Shown: positions 1 to 8,803, numbered from the stretch's first letter. The stretch is 24,008 bases of DNA from a virus (IMGVR_UViG_2671180360_000013:1-24008), one strand, 5' to 3'. The notes: generated by a model not told the origin, from the sequence alone. Made by a program: numbers and translations.

Positions 1-1248
1 ATGGCACTGAATATTCCATTCAGAAATGCGTACTATCGTTTTGCATCCAGTTACTCATTTCTCTTTTTTATTTCCTGGTCGCTGTGGTGGTCGTTATACG
101 CTATTTGGCTGAAAGGACATCTAGGGTTGACAGGGACGGAATTAGGTACACTTTATTCGGTCAACCAGTTTACCAGCATTCTATTTATGATGTTCTACGG
201 CATCGTTCAGGATAAACTCGGTCTGAAGAAACCGCTCATCTGGTGTATGAGTTTCATCCTGGTCTTGACCGGACCGTTTATGATTTACGTTTATGAACCG
301 TTACTGCAAAGCAATTTTTCTGTAGGTCTAATTCTGGGGGCGCTATTTTTTGGCTTGGGGTATCTGGCGGGATGCGGTTTGCTTGATAGCTTCACCGAAA
401 AAATGGCGCGAAATTTTCATTTCGAATATGGAACAGCGCGCGCCTGGGGATCTTTTGGCTATGCTATTGGCGCGTTCTTTGCCGGCATATTTTTTAGTAT
501 CAGTCCCCATATCAACTTCTGGTTGGTCTCGCTATTTGGCGCTGTATTTATGATGATCAACATGCGTTTTAAAGATAAGGATCACCAGTGCGTAGCGGCA
601 GATGCGGGAGGGGTAAAAAAAGAGGATTTTATCGCAGTTTTCAAGGATCGAAACTTCTGGGTTTTCGTCATATTTATTGTGGGGACGTGGTCTTTCTATA
701 ACATTTTTGATCAACAACTTTTTCCTGTCTTTTATGCAGGTTTATTCGAATCACACGATGTAGGAACGCGCCTGTATGGTTATCTCAACTCATTCCAGGT
801 GGTACTCGAAGCGCTGTGCATGGCGATTATTCCTTTCTTTGTGAATCGGGTAGGGCCAAAAAATGCATTACTTATCGGAGTTGTGATTATGGCGTTGCGT
901 ATCCTTTCCTGCGCGCTGTTCGTTAACCCCTGGATTATTTCATTAGTGAAGTTGTTACATGCCATTGAGGTTCCACTTTGTGTCATATCCGTCTTCAAAT
1001 ACAGCGTGGCAAACTTTGATAAGCGCCTGTCGTCGACGATCTTTCTGATTGGTTTTCAAATTGCCAGTTCGCTTGGGATTGTGCTGCTTTCAACGCCGAC
1101 TGGGATACTCTTTGACCACGCAGGCTACCAGACAGTTTTCTTCGCAATTTCGGGTATTGTCTGCCTGATGTTGCTATTTGGCATTTTCTTCTTGAGTAAA
1201 AAACGCGAGCAAATAGTTATGGAAACGCCTGTACCTTCAGCAATATAG
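1..1248 (+). CDS. MFS permease, LacY/HcaT-like H+ symporter family; likely host gene flanking the prophage
   Basis: 415-aa ORF, highly hydrophobic with about 12 predicted TM segments; N-terminal region resembles LacY/HcaT-type permeases (recalled); GC content host-like. Confidence 0.65.
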   Translation: MALNIPFRNAYYRFASSYSFLFFISWSLWWSLYAIWLKGHLGLTGTELGTLYSVNQFTSILFMMFYGIVQDKLGLKKPLIWCMSFILVLTGPFMIYVYEPLLQSNFSVGLILGALFFGLGYLAGCGLLDSFTEKMARNFHFEYGTARAWGSFGYAIGAFFAGIFFSISPHINFWLVSLFGAVFMMINMRFKDKDHQCVAADAGGVKKEDFIAVFKDRNFWVFVIFIVGTWSFYNIFDQQLFPVFYAGLFESHDVGTRLYGYLNSFQVVLEALCMAIIPFFVNRVGPKNALLIGVVIMALRILSCALFVNPWIISLVKLLHAIEVPLCVISVFKYSVANFDKRLSSTIFLIGFQIASSLGIVLLSTPTGILFDHAGYQTVFFAISGIVCLMLLFGIFFLSKKREQIVMETPVPSAI

Positions 1249-1777
1249 ACGTAAACTTTTTCCGGTTGTTGTCGATAGCTCTATATCCCTCAACCGGAAA
1301 ATAATAATAGTAAAATGCTTAGCCCTGCTAATAATCGCCTAATCCAAACGCCTCATTCATGTTCTGGTACAGTCGCTCAAATGTACTTCAGATGCGCGGT
1401 TCGCTGATTTCCAGGACATTGTCGTCATTCAGTGACCTGTCCCGTGTATCACGGTCCTGCGAATTCATCAAGGAATGCATTGCGGAGTGAAGTATCGAGT
1501 CACGCCATATTTCGCTATCAGGATTCTGTGTGATGGTTACATCGCCCGGCCCAGGGCTGTTTAGTCATCAGCGCTTTCTGACAGTGCTGAGATTTCAACC
1601 TGTTGCAGTAAAAATGAGTAGATATAAGGCAAGTGTGCTGCCAAACCCATCTTTTACGGGGTGAAGGTAGATTTCGTTTGAAGGGTATCTGGTGTCCCCT
1701 GCAGACATCTACTTGAGGCAGCAGGGGATTGATTGGAATGGTGTTTTTTAGGTGTGAGAAATATTTTACCCGCTATT

Positions 1778-1978
1778 TTACCCATTGGCGCGGCTTAAGA
1801 GCTTATTTTTGAATTCACAATGGTCACGATATAACCATCTTGCTCGACCGTGGATAACTTTGGCTTTTGGCAGGTCGCCGGACTTAATCCGGTCGTAGAT
1901 GAAGGTTTTACCAAAGCCAGTATCGGCCATGATGAATTTCAAATCAACCAGTGAATCAGGTTGTAGTTCGTGTTGCAT
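1778..1978 (-). CDS. AlpA-family excisionase / small DNA-binding regulator
   Basis: 66-aa ORF with an AlpA/Xis-like HTH segment (LKFIMADTGFGKTFIYDRIKSGDLP); GGAGAT Shine-Dalgarno 8 nt upstream; sits at the prophage left end where xis is expected. Confidence 0.55.
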   Translation of the reverse strand: MQHELQPDSLVDLKFIMADTGFGKTFIYDRIKSGDLPKAKVIHGRARWLYRDHCEFKNKLLSRANG

Positions 1979-2023
1979 GAGTGCTATCTCCGAATAGGGA
2001 ATCGAACCTGCAAATCAGGCAAG

Positions 2024-2050
2024 AAAAAACCGCCATCAGGCGGCTTGGTG
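2024..2050 (-). terminator. Putative rho-independent terminator (minus strand)
   Basis: Minus-strand hairpin GCCGCCTGATGGCGG followed by TTTTTTCTT, downstream of the zinc-ribbon ORF. Confidence 0.4.
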
Positions 2051-2109
2051 TTCTTTCAGTTCTTCAATTCGAATATTGGTTACATTGTTTTCATATATGA
2101 ATAAATAAA

Positions 2110-2289
2110 TTAGCTTTTTTCGTTGCCTTCGCGTTCTTTATTAATTTTGACAAAATCGTTTTTACCACGCTCTCCAAATGCGTCTTTAGAGTCGTTGTAT
2201 CCGCAATCGCAGCACACATAATCATCAGACCATCCACGCATTGTTTTTTCTTTTGCAATATTTCCAGAACCGCATTTTGGACAAGACAT
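2110..2289 (-). CDS. Small Cys4 zinc-ribbon protein
   Basis: CPKCG...CCDCG motif; GGAGG Shine-Dalgarno before the internal ATG (MSCPKCGSGN), so the start is taken at 2289 rather than the longer track ORF. Confidence 0.5.
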   Translation of the reverse strand: MSCPKCGSGNIAKEKTMRGWSDDYVCCDCGYNDSKDAFGERGKNDFVKINKEREGNEKS

Positions 2290-2385
2290 ATCACTACCTC
2301 CAAAGCATGAGAGAGATGACAACGTAACATTGATTGGAGATTAACAATAGATTGCTGATGTAAAAGATATGTATAAGCTTAGCTA

Positions 2386-3033
2386 TCAAAGGGGAGGCTC
2401 TGGTAGCGGCATCCAGTGTGACGGTTTCCACGACGCACCAGGAATTATCCACCCATCATTAGCGTCAGGATGCCCCGGGATGTAAGTCGCCCATTTCATT
2501 CGCCAGTCACCTTTCCTGTCAAACTCCCTGGCAACAAGAACGGCTGTTTTGGTATCCGGCATTCGCTCACTACAGCTTATCCAACCATCAGGAGTTACCG
2601 GAGAGTTGCCGGGTTCTTTAATGTGCAAGCGAGGCTCACCATCTTTTGGCTCAGGCCACTGGCGCTCCATGTTGATCTTCAATTTATCTTCCATAGCAAC
2701 GTTAATTTCAGCATCGCTGATGCCAGCACGGCGCTGTGCATCCCACAACAGAAACTGCATATCAGCCCACTCGCTAAGATCGTCTGGTTCGGCTGCGGCT
2801 TCCAGTGCCTCTTTTGAGAGATGTTTCAGCGGACCAATGGGGCCAACGCAGCCAAATGTGGAGTCAGACCATTTGGCATGCTCGTGGCGAATCTGTTCGC
2901 GTTCCAGTGATGCCAGCGCAATTCGTGCCAGTTCTTCCGCTTCTTCTGCTGGCAGTACAACGTTGCTACCCGGTCCGTATGTTTCGCGCCACTGCTTGAT
3001 TGTCAGTAGTCGATCTTTGGTTATAGCGCTCAT
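2386..3033 (-). CDS. Phage accessory protein with Trp-rich C-terminus (DUF551-like), possible N-terminal NTP-pyrophosphohydrolase-like domain
   Basis: Start taken at MSAITKDRLL within track ORF 2386..3195 because the upstream ORF ends at 3035; C-terminal motif WISCSERMPD...GWIIPGASWKPSHWMPLPEPP. Confidence 0.5.
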   Translation of the reverse strand: MSAITKDRLLTIKQWRETYGPGSNVVLPAEEAEELARIALASLEREQIRHEHAKWSDSTFGCVGPIGPLKHLSKEALEAAAEPDDLSEWADMQFLLWDAQRRAGISDAEINVAMEDKLKINMERQWPEPKDGEPRLHIKEPGNSPVTPDGWISCSERMPDTKTAVLVAREFDRKGDWRMKWATYIPGHPDANDGWIIPGASWKPSHWMPLPEPPL

Positions 3034-3034
3034 A

Positions 3035-3805
3035 TCACTCTCCTTTGATGCGAATGCCAGCGGCGCGCTCGGCTTCACTTTGTTCCCAAAACCACTTGTG
3101 AAGCTCCATGAGATTTTCGTCAATCGGTGCATATTTGCGATTAAAGTAGGCCTGAGCATCTTTCTCAGATTCGTCCGGTAATTCGCCAGGGCCAAACAGT
3201 GTGTTATAAATCCATGCCAGTCCGCTCTTAGCGTCGCCAGTTGCCTGCCATTCGATAATGGCAGCCTGCATGACCAGAATGTTTTTCCCGATTAATAGGT
3301 CCAGTTCTTTGTACCGGTTGCGGATGTATGCATTCTCGCTTTGTAATTTTGCGTTGCGCTTTTCTGAGGCTTCAAGTAACGCCTGCTTATCGCGTAGAGC
3401 TTCTTCCAGTTCAGCAACATGGCATTCACTATCAATAAGGTTGTTCTCTGCTGCTTCAAGCTCAACACGCAGCTTCCCAACCGTAAGCGCAATCTCCTCG
3501 TTCTCCTGGTCGCGGCGTTTGATGTATTGCTGGTTTCTTTCCCGTTCATCCAGCAGTTCCAGCACGGTAGCCGGGTTAGCCTCTGCTATGAATTCAGCGT
3601 TTGCATAAGCCTGAGCATCTGTTTCAACCAGGCAGTTAACGTGACATTCTGCAATCACGCCACCGGGTTCTCCTTTCCATTTTTGACAAACAAAAACTCC
3701 TGTTAAATTGCCATGCCGATTAACAGATGTATGCCCTACGATGTAGCTTCCTTTAGTTGCTTTTTCTGCCTTTTCACGCAGTGCCTGATAATTAATTTCG
3801 CTCAC
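3035..3805 (-). CDS. Ead/Ea22-like coiled-coil protein
   Basis: 256-aa ORF with long charged heptad-like central region; position equivalent to lambda ea22 between xis and exo; start overlaps upstream gene stop. Confidence 0.55.
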   Translation of the reverse strand: MSEINYQALREKAEKATKGSYIVGHTSVNRHGNLTGVFVCQKWKGEPGGVIAECHVNCLVETDAQAYANAEFIAEANPATVLELLDERERNQQYIKRRDQENEEIALTVGKLRVELEAAENNLIDSECHVAELEEALRDKQALLEASEKRNAKLQSENAYIRNRYKELDLLIGKNILVMQAAIIEWQATGDAKSGLAWIYNTLFGPGELPDESEKDAQAYFNRKYAPIDENLMELHKWFWEQSEAERAAGIRIKGE

Positions 3806-4023
3806 TTCGAACCTCTCTGTTTACTGATAAGCTCCAGATCCTCCTGGCAACTTGCACAAGTCCGACAACCCTGAACGGCCAGGCGTCTTCGCTCATCTAT
3901 GGGATCGCCACACTCACAACAATGAGTGGCAGATATAGCCTGGTGGTTCAGGCGGCGCATTTTTATTGCTGTGTTGCGCTGTAATTCTTCAATTTCTGAT
4001 GCTGAATCAATGATGTCTGCCAT
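3802..4023 (-). CDS. TraR/DksA-family C4 zinc-finger protein
   Basis: 73 aa, CCECGDPIDERRR...CRTCASCQ motif typical of phage TraR-like proteins. Confidence 0.65.
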   Translation of the reverse strand: MADIIDSASEIEELQRNTAIKMRRLNHQAISATHCCECGDPIDERRRLAVQGCRTCASCQEDLELISKQRGSK

Positions 4024-4077
4024 CTTTCATTAATCCCTGAATTGTTGGTTAATACGCTTGAGGGTGAATGCGAATAA

Positions 4078-4100
4078 TAAAAAAGGAGCCTGTAGCTCCA
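4078..4100 (-). terminator. Putative rho-independent terminator inside the leftward early operon
   Basis: Minus-strand hairpin GGAGCTACAGGCTCC followed by TTTTTTATT. Confidence 0.4.
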
Positions 4101-4121
4101 TGATGATTTTGTTTTTCATGC

Positions 4122-4337
4122 TCACCGTTCCTTAAAGACGCCGTTTAACATGCCGATCGCCAGGCTTAAATGAGTCGGTGTGAATCCCATCAGCGTTACC
4201 GTTTCGCGGTGCTTCTTCAGTACGCTACGGCAAATGTCATCGACGTTTTTATCCGGAAACTGCTGTCTGGCTTTTTTGATTTCAGAATTAGCCTTACGGG
4301 CAATGCTGCGAAGGGCGTTTTCCTGCTGAGGTGTCAT
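4122..4337 (-). CDS. Small early protein, lambda orf61-like by position
   Basis: Start taken at internal MTPQQENALRSIARK within track ORF 4122..4403; position equivalent to the lambda orf61/63/60a cluster. Confidence 0.45.
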   Translation of the reverse strand: MTPQQENALRSIARKANSEIKKARQQFPDKNVDDICRSVLKKHRETVTLMGFTPTHLSLAIGMLNGVFKER

Positions 4338-4413
4338 TGAACAAGTCCCATGTCGGCAAGCATAAGCACACAGAATATAAAGCCCGCTGCCAGAAGAATG
4401 CATTCAGTGGTTG

Positions 4414-4605
4414 TCATACCTGGTCTCTCTCATCTGCTTCTGCTTTCGCCACCATCATTTCCAGCTTTTGTGAAAGGGATGCGGCTAACGTATGAAATTC
4501 TTCGTCTGTTTCTACTGATATTGGCACAAACCTGACTCCAATTTGAGCAAGGCTATGTGCCATCTCAATGCTCGTTCTTAACTCAACAGGAGATGCTTTG
4601 TGCAT
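4414..4605 (-). CDS. Small early protein, lambda orf63-like by position
   Basis: 63-aa ORF directly downstream of the orf60a-like gene on the minus strand. Confidence 0.45.
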   Translation of the reverse strand: MHKASPVELRTSIEMAHSLAQIGVRFVPISVETDEEFHTLAASLSQKLEMMVAKAEADERDQV

Positions 4606-4766
4606 ACAGCCCCTCGTTTATTATTTATCTCCTCAGCCAGCCGCTGGGCTTTCAGTGGATTTTGGATAACAGAAAGGCCGGGAAATACCCAGCCTCGCTT
4701 TGTAACGGAGTAGACGAAAGTGATCGTGCCTACGCGGATATTATCGTGAGGATGCTTCATCGCCAT
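4578..4766 (-). CDS. Small early protein, lambda orf60a-like by position
   Basis: 62-aa ORF immediately downstream of exo on the minus strand ([19 protein letters not shown]...). Confidence 0.45.
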   Translation of the reverse strand: MAMKHPHDNIRVGTITFVYSVTKRGWVFPGLSVIQNPLKAQRLAEEINNKRGAVCTKHLLLS

Positions 4767-5437
4767 TGCTCCCCAAATACAAAACCAATTTCAGCCAGTG
4801 CCTCGTCCATTTTTTCGATGAACTCCGGCACCATCTCGTCAAAACTCGCCATGTAATTTTCATCCCGCTCAACCACGACATAATGCAGGCCTTCACGCTT
4901 CATTCGTGGGTCATAGTTGGCAAAGTACCAGGCATCTTTTCGCGTCACCCACATGCTGTACTGCACCTGGGCCATGTAAGCCGACTTTATGGCCTCGAAA
5001 CCACCGAGCCGGAATTTCATGAAATCCCGGGAGGTAAACGGGCATTTCAGCTCAAGGCCGTTGCCGTCACTGCATAAACCATCGGGAGAGCAGGCGGTGC
5101 GCATACTTTCGTCGCGATAGATGATCGGGGATTCAATAACATTTACGCCGGAAGTGAACTCAAACAGGGTTCTGGCGTCGTTCTCGTACTGTTTTCCCCA
5201 GGCCAGCGCTTTAGCGTTAACTTCCGGAGCCACACCGGTGCAAACCTCAGCCAGCAGGGTGTGGAAGTAGGATATTTTCATGTCAGGCCACTTCTTTCCT
5301 GATCGGGGCTTTGCTATCACGTTGTGAACTTCTGAAGCGGTGATGACGCCGAGCCGTAATTTGTGCCATGCATCATCCCCCTGTTCGACAGCTCTCACGT
5401 CGATCCCGGTACGCTGCAGGATAATGTCCGGTGTCAT
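4757..5437 (-). CDS. exo: Lambda exonuclease (Red alpha)
   Basis: 226-aa protein near-identical to recalled lambda Exo ([40 protein letters not shown]...). Confidence 0.95.
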   Translation of the reverse strand: MTPDIILQRTGIDVRAVEQGDDAWHKLRLGVITASEVHNVIAKPRSGKKWPDMKISYFHTLLAEVCTGVAPEVNAKALAWGKQYENDARTLFEFTSGVNVIESPIIYRDESMRTACSPDGLCSDGNGLELKCPFTSRDFMKFRLGGFEAIKSAYMAQVQYSMWVTRKDAWYFANYDPRMKREGLHYVVVERDENYMASFDEMVPEFIEKMDEALAEIGFVFGEQWR

Positions 5438-6219
5438 GCTGCCACCTTCTGCTCAGTGGCTTTCTGTTTCAGGAATCCAAGAGCTTTCACTGCTTCGGCC
5501 TGTGTCAGTTCTGACGATGCGCGAATGTCGCGGCGAAATATCTGGGAACAGAGCGGCAATAAGTCGTCATCCCATGTTTTATCCAGGGCGATCAGCAGAG
5601 TGTTAATCTCCTGCATGGTTTCATCGTTAACCGGAGTGATGTCGCGTTCTGGCTGACGTTCTGCAGTGTATGCAGTATTTTCGACAATGCGCTCGGCTTC
5701 ATCCTTGTCATAGATACCAGCAAATCCGAAGGCCAGACGGGCACACTGAATCATGGCTTTATGCCGTAACATCCGTTTGGGATGCGACTGCCACGGTCCG
5801 GTGATTTCTCTGCCTTCGCGGGTTTTGAATGGTTCGCGGCGGCATTCATCCATCCATTCGGTAACGCAGATCGGATGATTACGGTCCTTGCGGTAAATCC
5901 GGCATGTACAGGATTCATTGTCCTGCTCAAAGTCCATGCCATCAAACTGCTGGTTTTCATTGATGATGCGGGACCAGCCATCAACGCCCACCACCGGAAC
6001 AATGCCGTTCTGCTTATCAGGGAAGGCGTAAATTTCTTTCGTCCACGGATTAAGGCCGTACTGGTTGGCGACGATCAGCAATGCGATGAACTGCGCATCG
6101 CTGGCATCACCTTTAAATGCCGTCTGGCGAAGAGTGGTGATCAGTTCCTGTGGGTCGACAGAATCCATGCCGACACGTTCAGCCAGCTTCCCAGCCAGCG
6201 TTGCGAGTGCTGTACTCAT
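5434..6219 (-). CDS. bet: Bet (Red beta) single-strand annealing protein
   Basis: 261-aa protein matching recalled lambda Bet ([20 protein letters not shown]...); start overlaps exo stop. Confidence 0.95.
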   Translation of the reverse strand: MSTALATLAGKLAERVGMDSVDPQELITTLRQTAFKGDASDAQFIALLIVANQYGLNPWTKEIYAFPDKQNGIVPVVGVDGWSRIINENQQFDGMDFEQDNESCTCRIYRKDRNHPICVTEWMDECRREPFKTREGREITGPWQSHPKRMLRHKAMIQCARLAFGFAGIYDKDEAERIVENTAYTAERQPERDITPVNDETMQEINTLLIALDKTWDDDLLPLCSQIFRRDIRASSELTQAEAVKALGFLKQKATEQKVAA

Positions 6220-6224
6220 CCGTT

Positions 6225-6641
6225 TTATACCTCTGAATCAATATCAACCTGATGGTGAGCAATGGTTTCAACCATGTACCGGATGTGTTCTGCCATGCGC
6301 TCCTGAAACTCAACATCGTCATCAAACGCACGGGTAATGGCTTTTTTGCTGGCCCCGTGGCGTTGCAAATGACCGATGCATAGCGATTCAAACAGGTGCT
6401 GGGGCAGGCCTTTTTCCATATCGTCTGCCAGTTCTGCCTCTTTCTCTTCACGGGCGATCTGCTGGTAGTGACGCGCCCAGCTCTGAGCCTCAAGACGATC
6501 CTGAATGTAATAAGCGTTCATGGCTGAACTCCTGAAATAGCTGTGAAAATATCGCCCGCGAAATGCCGGGCTGATTAGGAAAACAGGAAAGGGGGTTAGT
6601 GAATGCTTTTGCTTGATCTCAGTTTCAGCATTAATATCCAT
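6225..6641 (-). CDS. gam: Gam, RecBCD inhibitor
   Basis: 138-aa protein matching recalled lambda Gam ([36 protein letters not shown]...). Confidence 0.93.
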   Translation of the reverse strand: MDINAETEIKQKHSLTPFPVFLISPAFRGRYFHSYFRSSAMNAYYIQDRLEAQSWARHYQQIAREEKEAELADDMEKGLPQHLFESLCIGHLQRHGASKKAITRAFDDDVEFQERMAEHIRYMVETIAHHQVDIDSEV

Positions 6642-6739
6642 TTTTTATAAGCGTCGACGGCTTCACGAAACATCTTTTCATCGCCAATAAAAGTGGCGAT
6701 AGTGAATTTAGTCTGGATAGCCATAAGTGTTTGATCCAT
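6596..6739 (-). CDS. kil: Kil (host cell-division inhibitor)
   Basis: 47-codon reading frame [47 protein letters not shown] matching recalled lambda Kil; start chosen at internal ATG of track ORF 6596..6865. Confidence 0.8.
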   Translation of the reverse strand: MDQTLMAIQTKFTIATFIGDEKMFREAVDAYKKWILMLKLRSSKSIH

Positions 6740-6872
6740 TTTTTGGGACTCCTGGCTGATTAAGTATGTCGATAAGGCGTTTCCATCCGTCACGTAATTT
6801 ACGGGTGATTCGTTCAAGTAAAGATTCGGAAGGGCAGCCAGCAACAGGCCACCCTGCAATGGCATATTGCAT
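6708..6872 (-). CDS. cIII: cIII (FtsH/HflB inhibitor)
   Basis: Hand translation of minus strand gives [54 protein letters not shown] then stop, matching recalled lambda cIII; too short for the ORF track. Confidence 0.85.
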   Translation of the reverse strand: MQYAIAGWPVAGCPSESLLERITRKLRDGWKRLIDILNQPGVPKNGSNTYGYPD

Positions 6873-6944
6873 GGTGTGCTCCTTATTTATACATAACGAA
6901 AAACGCCTCGAGTGAAGCGTTATTGGTATGCGGTAAAGCCGCGC

Positions 6945-7256
6945 TTAGGCGGCTGATGTTTCTTCTTTCAGGCTTTCGAGATATTTACGTGGGTCGTCGT
7001 AACATTGGCATTCGCTGTACCAATCCACCCAGCGATCAGTAAGCCCCATCTCTGATAAATCTTCATCGGTAAGGCTCTCATCCCACATCTCAAGGCCGTT
7101 AGCATTGCAGTAATCAGGCTTGATGTTGTTGTCATACTGAAAGGCGTCATAATCAGCCAGTGCGTCCATCAGACGAACACCCTCTTCAACACTTGCCACT
7201 TCTACAATGAACGGCTTCATAGGTACTTGCGGGATATGCCAGACACGTAATTTCAT
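6945..7256 (-). CDS. Ea10-position early protein
   Basis: Internal start MKLRVWHIPQVP preceded by GGAGG Shine-Dalgarno; position equivalent to lambda ea10 left of cIII. Confidence 0.55.
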   Translation of the reverse strand: MKLRVWHIPQVPMKPFIVEVASVEEGVRLMDALADYDAFQYDNNIKPDYCNANGLEMWDESLTDEDLSEMGLTDRWVDWYSECQCYDDPRKYLESLKEETSAA

Positions 7257-7267
7257 ATATCCTCCGT

Positions 7268-7300
7268 CAAAAAAATTGCCCTCACACTGGAGGGCAAAGA
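7268..7300 (-). terminator. Putative rho-independent terminator (tL-like)
   Basis: Minus-strand hairpin GCCCTCCAGTGTGAGGGC followed by AATTTTTTT, between the 156-aa gene and the ea10-like gene. Confidence 0.4.
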
Positions 7301-7399
7301 AGATTTCCAATAATCAGAACAAGTCGGCTCCTGTTTAGTTACGAGCGACATTGCTCCGTGTATTCACTCGTTGGAATGAATACACAGTGCTTATTCGTA

Positions 7400-7870
7400 C
7401 TAATAAAATACCCAATTTTCTGTTTCTTGGTTATGTCCAAAGTTATATTCAATATCTGGTGTTGATGTATCAATATTTTTCATCCCATCAACAAGAGTTG
7501 ATACAACAGCCAAATCTTGTTTTATTCTCATTAAATGGTATTTCTTCCGGCGCAATAAACTTTCAATAGCAAGTTTCTTCGTTGGGAATGCAAAAGATCT
7601 TTCTGCATTTTTTGCTACTTTCTTAATTGCATATCTATTTCTCCTTTGTTTCCATTCCTGTAACCACTGATTTGGTGCTGGTTTAAAATTAACAATCCAA
7701 TGCGCAGGAACCAACCATGCATAATGCTCTGTCTGATGAAAAGCTATATATTGAAGTGCGAATATTTTTATCCCATCTTCTTCAACTGTCGCCTGGAATC
7801 TCCAGAAAACAGGCATTCCATCATGTTCAGTTTCTAATTCAGGAAAAGGTACGCTCCATGATTTTGTCAT
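7400..7870 (-). CDS. Hypothetical 156-aa protein (AT-rich moron at the ral/sieB position)
   Basis: ORF with GAGGTGAG Shine-Dalgarno 5 nt before ATG; AT-rich relative to flanks; co-oriented with the pL operon between ea10 and N; no family recognised. Confidence 0.6.
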   Translation of the reverse strand: MTKSWSVPFPELETEHDGMPVFWRFQATVEEDGIKIFALQYIAFHQTEHYAWLVPAHWIVNFKPAPNQWLQEWKQRRNRYAIKKVAKNAERSFAFPTKKLAIESLLRRKKYHLMRIKQDLAVVSTLVDGMKNIDTSTPDIEYNFGHNQETENWVFY

Positions 7871-7928
7871 ATCTCACCTCAAATAAGTGGTTTGCTGCCT
7901 AATTTCATTTTCTGGCGACCAACACAAG

Positions 7929-8312
7929 TCACCTCGCCGTCAGTTGTTTGGATTTCCGGTAGCCTGCCGCGTAAATGGCTACGTTTGGAAGACATACACC
8001 AGTTTCTGGTTGCTTATGTCCAAACTCATTCGCGTACACAATGGCCGCTCGCTCCAGATTGCGTCTGTATTCTTTCTGTTGCCAGATCACGTCCTGTGCC
8101 ATGAACTTAATTGGCTTAGCGTCTTCTATACGCTCAGGCGTTTCGTGAGTACCTTTAGCCTGAATCTGCGCTCTGCTTAGAGTAGGGCGGTGTAATACTT
8201 CTGAACTTATTGCTTCTTCGCGGGCCAGTACGCCGTTAGCTAATGCCTTTACCTTTAAACGCTCACGACGACGAGAACGTGAATTGCCTTTGAACTGAGT
8301 TCTGCGTGTCAT
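7929..8312 (-). CDS. N: N-like transcription antiterminator, P22 gp24-type (not lambda N)
   Basis: Arg-rich N-terminus (GNSRSRRRERLKVKA) and C-terminus LPNVAIYAAGYRKSKQLTAR resembling recalled P22 gp24 tail; AGGAGG Shine-Dalgarno; first gene downstream of pL. Confidence 0.75.
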   Translation of the reverse strand: MTRRTQFKGNSRSRRRERLKVKALANGVLAREEAISSEVLHRPTLSRAQIQAKGTHETPERIEDAKPIKFMAQDVIWQQKEYRRNLERAAIVYANEFGHKQPETGVCLPNVAIYAAGYRKSKQLTAR

Positions 8313-8477
8313 ATAGACCTCCTGATGAACTTTGGTGGTGTGGTAGGTGGGAGACCCATTTCGACCTGTTTCGGCCTACTTCAATTCGGCAATAGTCCCG
8401 CAGGCCTCGCCGCTTTACGTGCGACATATTCCCGTCCATGAACCCTTCACCACACCCCAAAGTTCACTTTGGTTATT

Positions 8478-8492
8478 GCGCTTTGTCAGCGC
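8478..8492 (-). promoter_or_regulatory. nutL boxB hairpin (P22-type GCGCUGACAAAGCGC)
   Basis: Minus-strand sequence GCGCTGACAAAGCGC in the pL leader upstream of N. Confidence 0.6.
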
Positions 8493-8549
8493 CGTAGATT
8501 CATATTCGAATCGTTGTATATTCACCGCCCTGGTGAGTAGTGCGTCCTG

Positions 8550-8625
8550 CTGATGTGTTTAGTATCACCGCCAGTGGTATTTGTGTCAACACCGCTAGAG
8601 ATAATTCATCACCGCAGATGGTTAT
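8550..8625. promoter_or_regulatory. pL promoter with OL1-OL2-OL3 operators (lambda type)
   Basis: TATCACCGCCAGTGGTA (about 8563-8579), CAACACCGCTAGAGATA (about 8587-8603), ATCACCGCAGATGGTTA (about 8608-8624); leftward -35 TTGACA and -10 GATACT on the minus strand overlapping OL1/OL2. Confidence 0.85.
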
Positions 8626-8778
8626 CTGTATGTTTTTTATATGAATTTATTTTTTGCAGGGGGGCATTGTTTGGTAGGTGAGAGATCAGAATTGCACTGT
8701 TTAGCAAGTTGTATCTATCAATTTTTCAATAAATACAATGAGTTATGTTTTTTTAGGTGGGGGATCGCGAGGCAAAGA

Positions 8779-8803
8779 AAACCCGGCGCTGAGGCCGGGC
8801 TAG
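8779..8803 (-). terminator. Putative rho-independent terminator ending the cI-kinase transcript (timm-like)
   Basis: Minus-strand hairpin CCCGGCCTCAGCGCCGGG followed by TTTTCTTT, between the kinase stop and OL. Confidence 0.5.

Noticed and set aside
350-998. Short ORFs nested in or antisense to the permease gene (350..553, 532..717, 780..998)
   Set aside because: Embedded in a continuous 415-aa membrane-protein ORF; no independent signals
1264-1298. Inverted repeat CCGGTTG...CAACCGG after the permease stop, considered as a terminator or att core
   Set aside because: The loop is about 21 nt and no T-run follows on either strand; it does not match the lambda att core, so it is left uncalled
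2470-3181. Plus-strand ORFs of 115 and 210 aa overlapping the DUF551-like gene
   Set aside because: Antisense shadow frames inside a well-supported minus-strand gene; Ser/Arg-rich low-complexity translations without start signals
5751-6252. ORFs of 83 and 156 aa overlapping bet
   Set aside because: Out-of-frame or antisense to the bet gene, which matches lambda Bet end to end
7351-8180. Plus-strand ORFs (72, 61 and 97 aa) in the ral/sieB-N interval, considered as a possible plus-strand sieB-like gene
   Set aside because: They overlap the better-supported minus-strand 156-aa and N genes, lack good Shine-Dalgarno sites, and none resembles a membrane protein as SieB would
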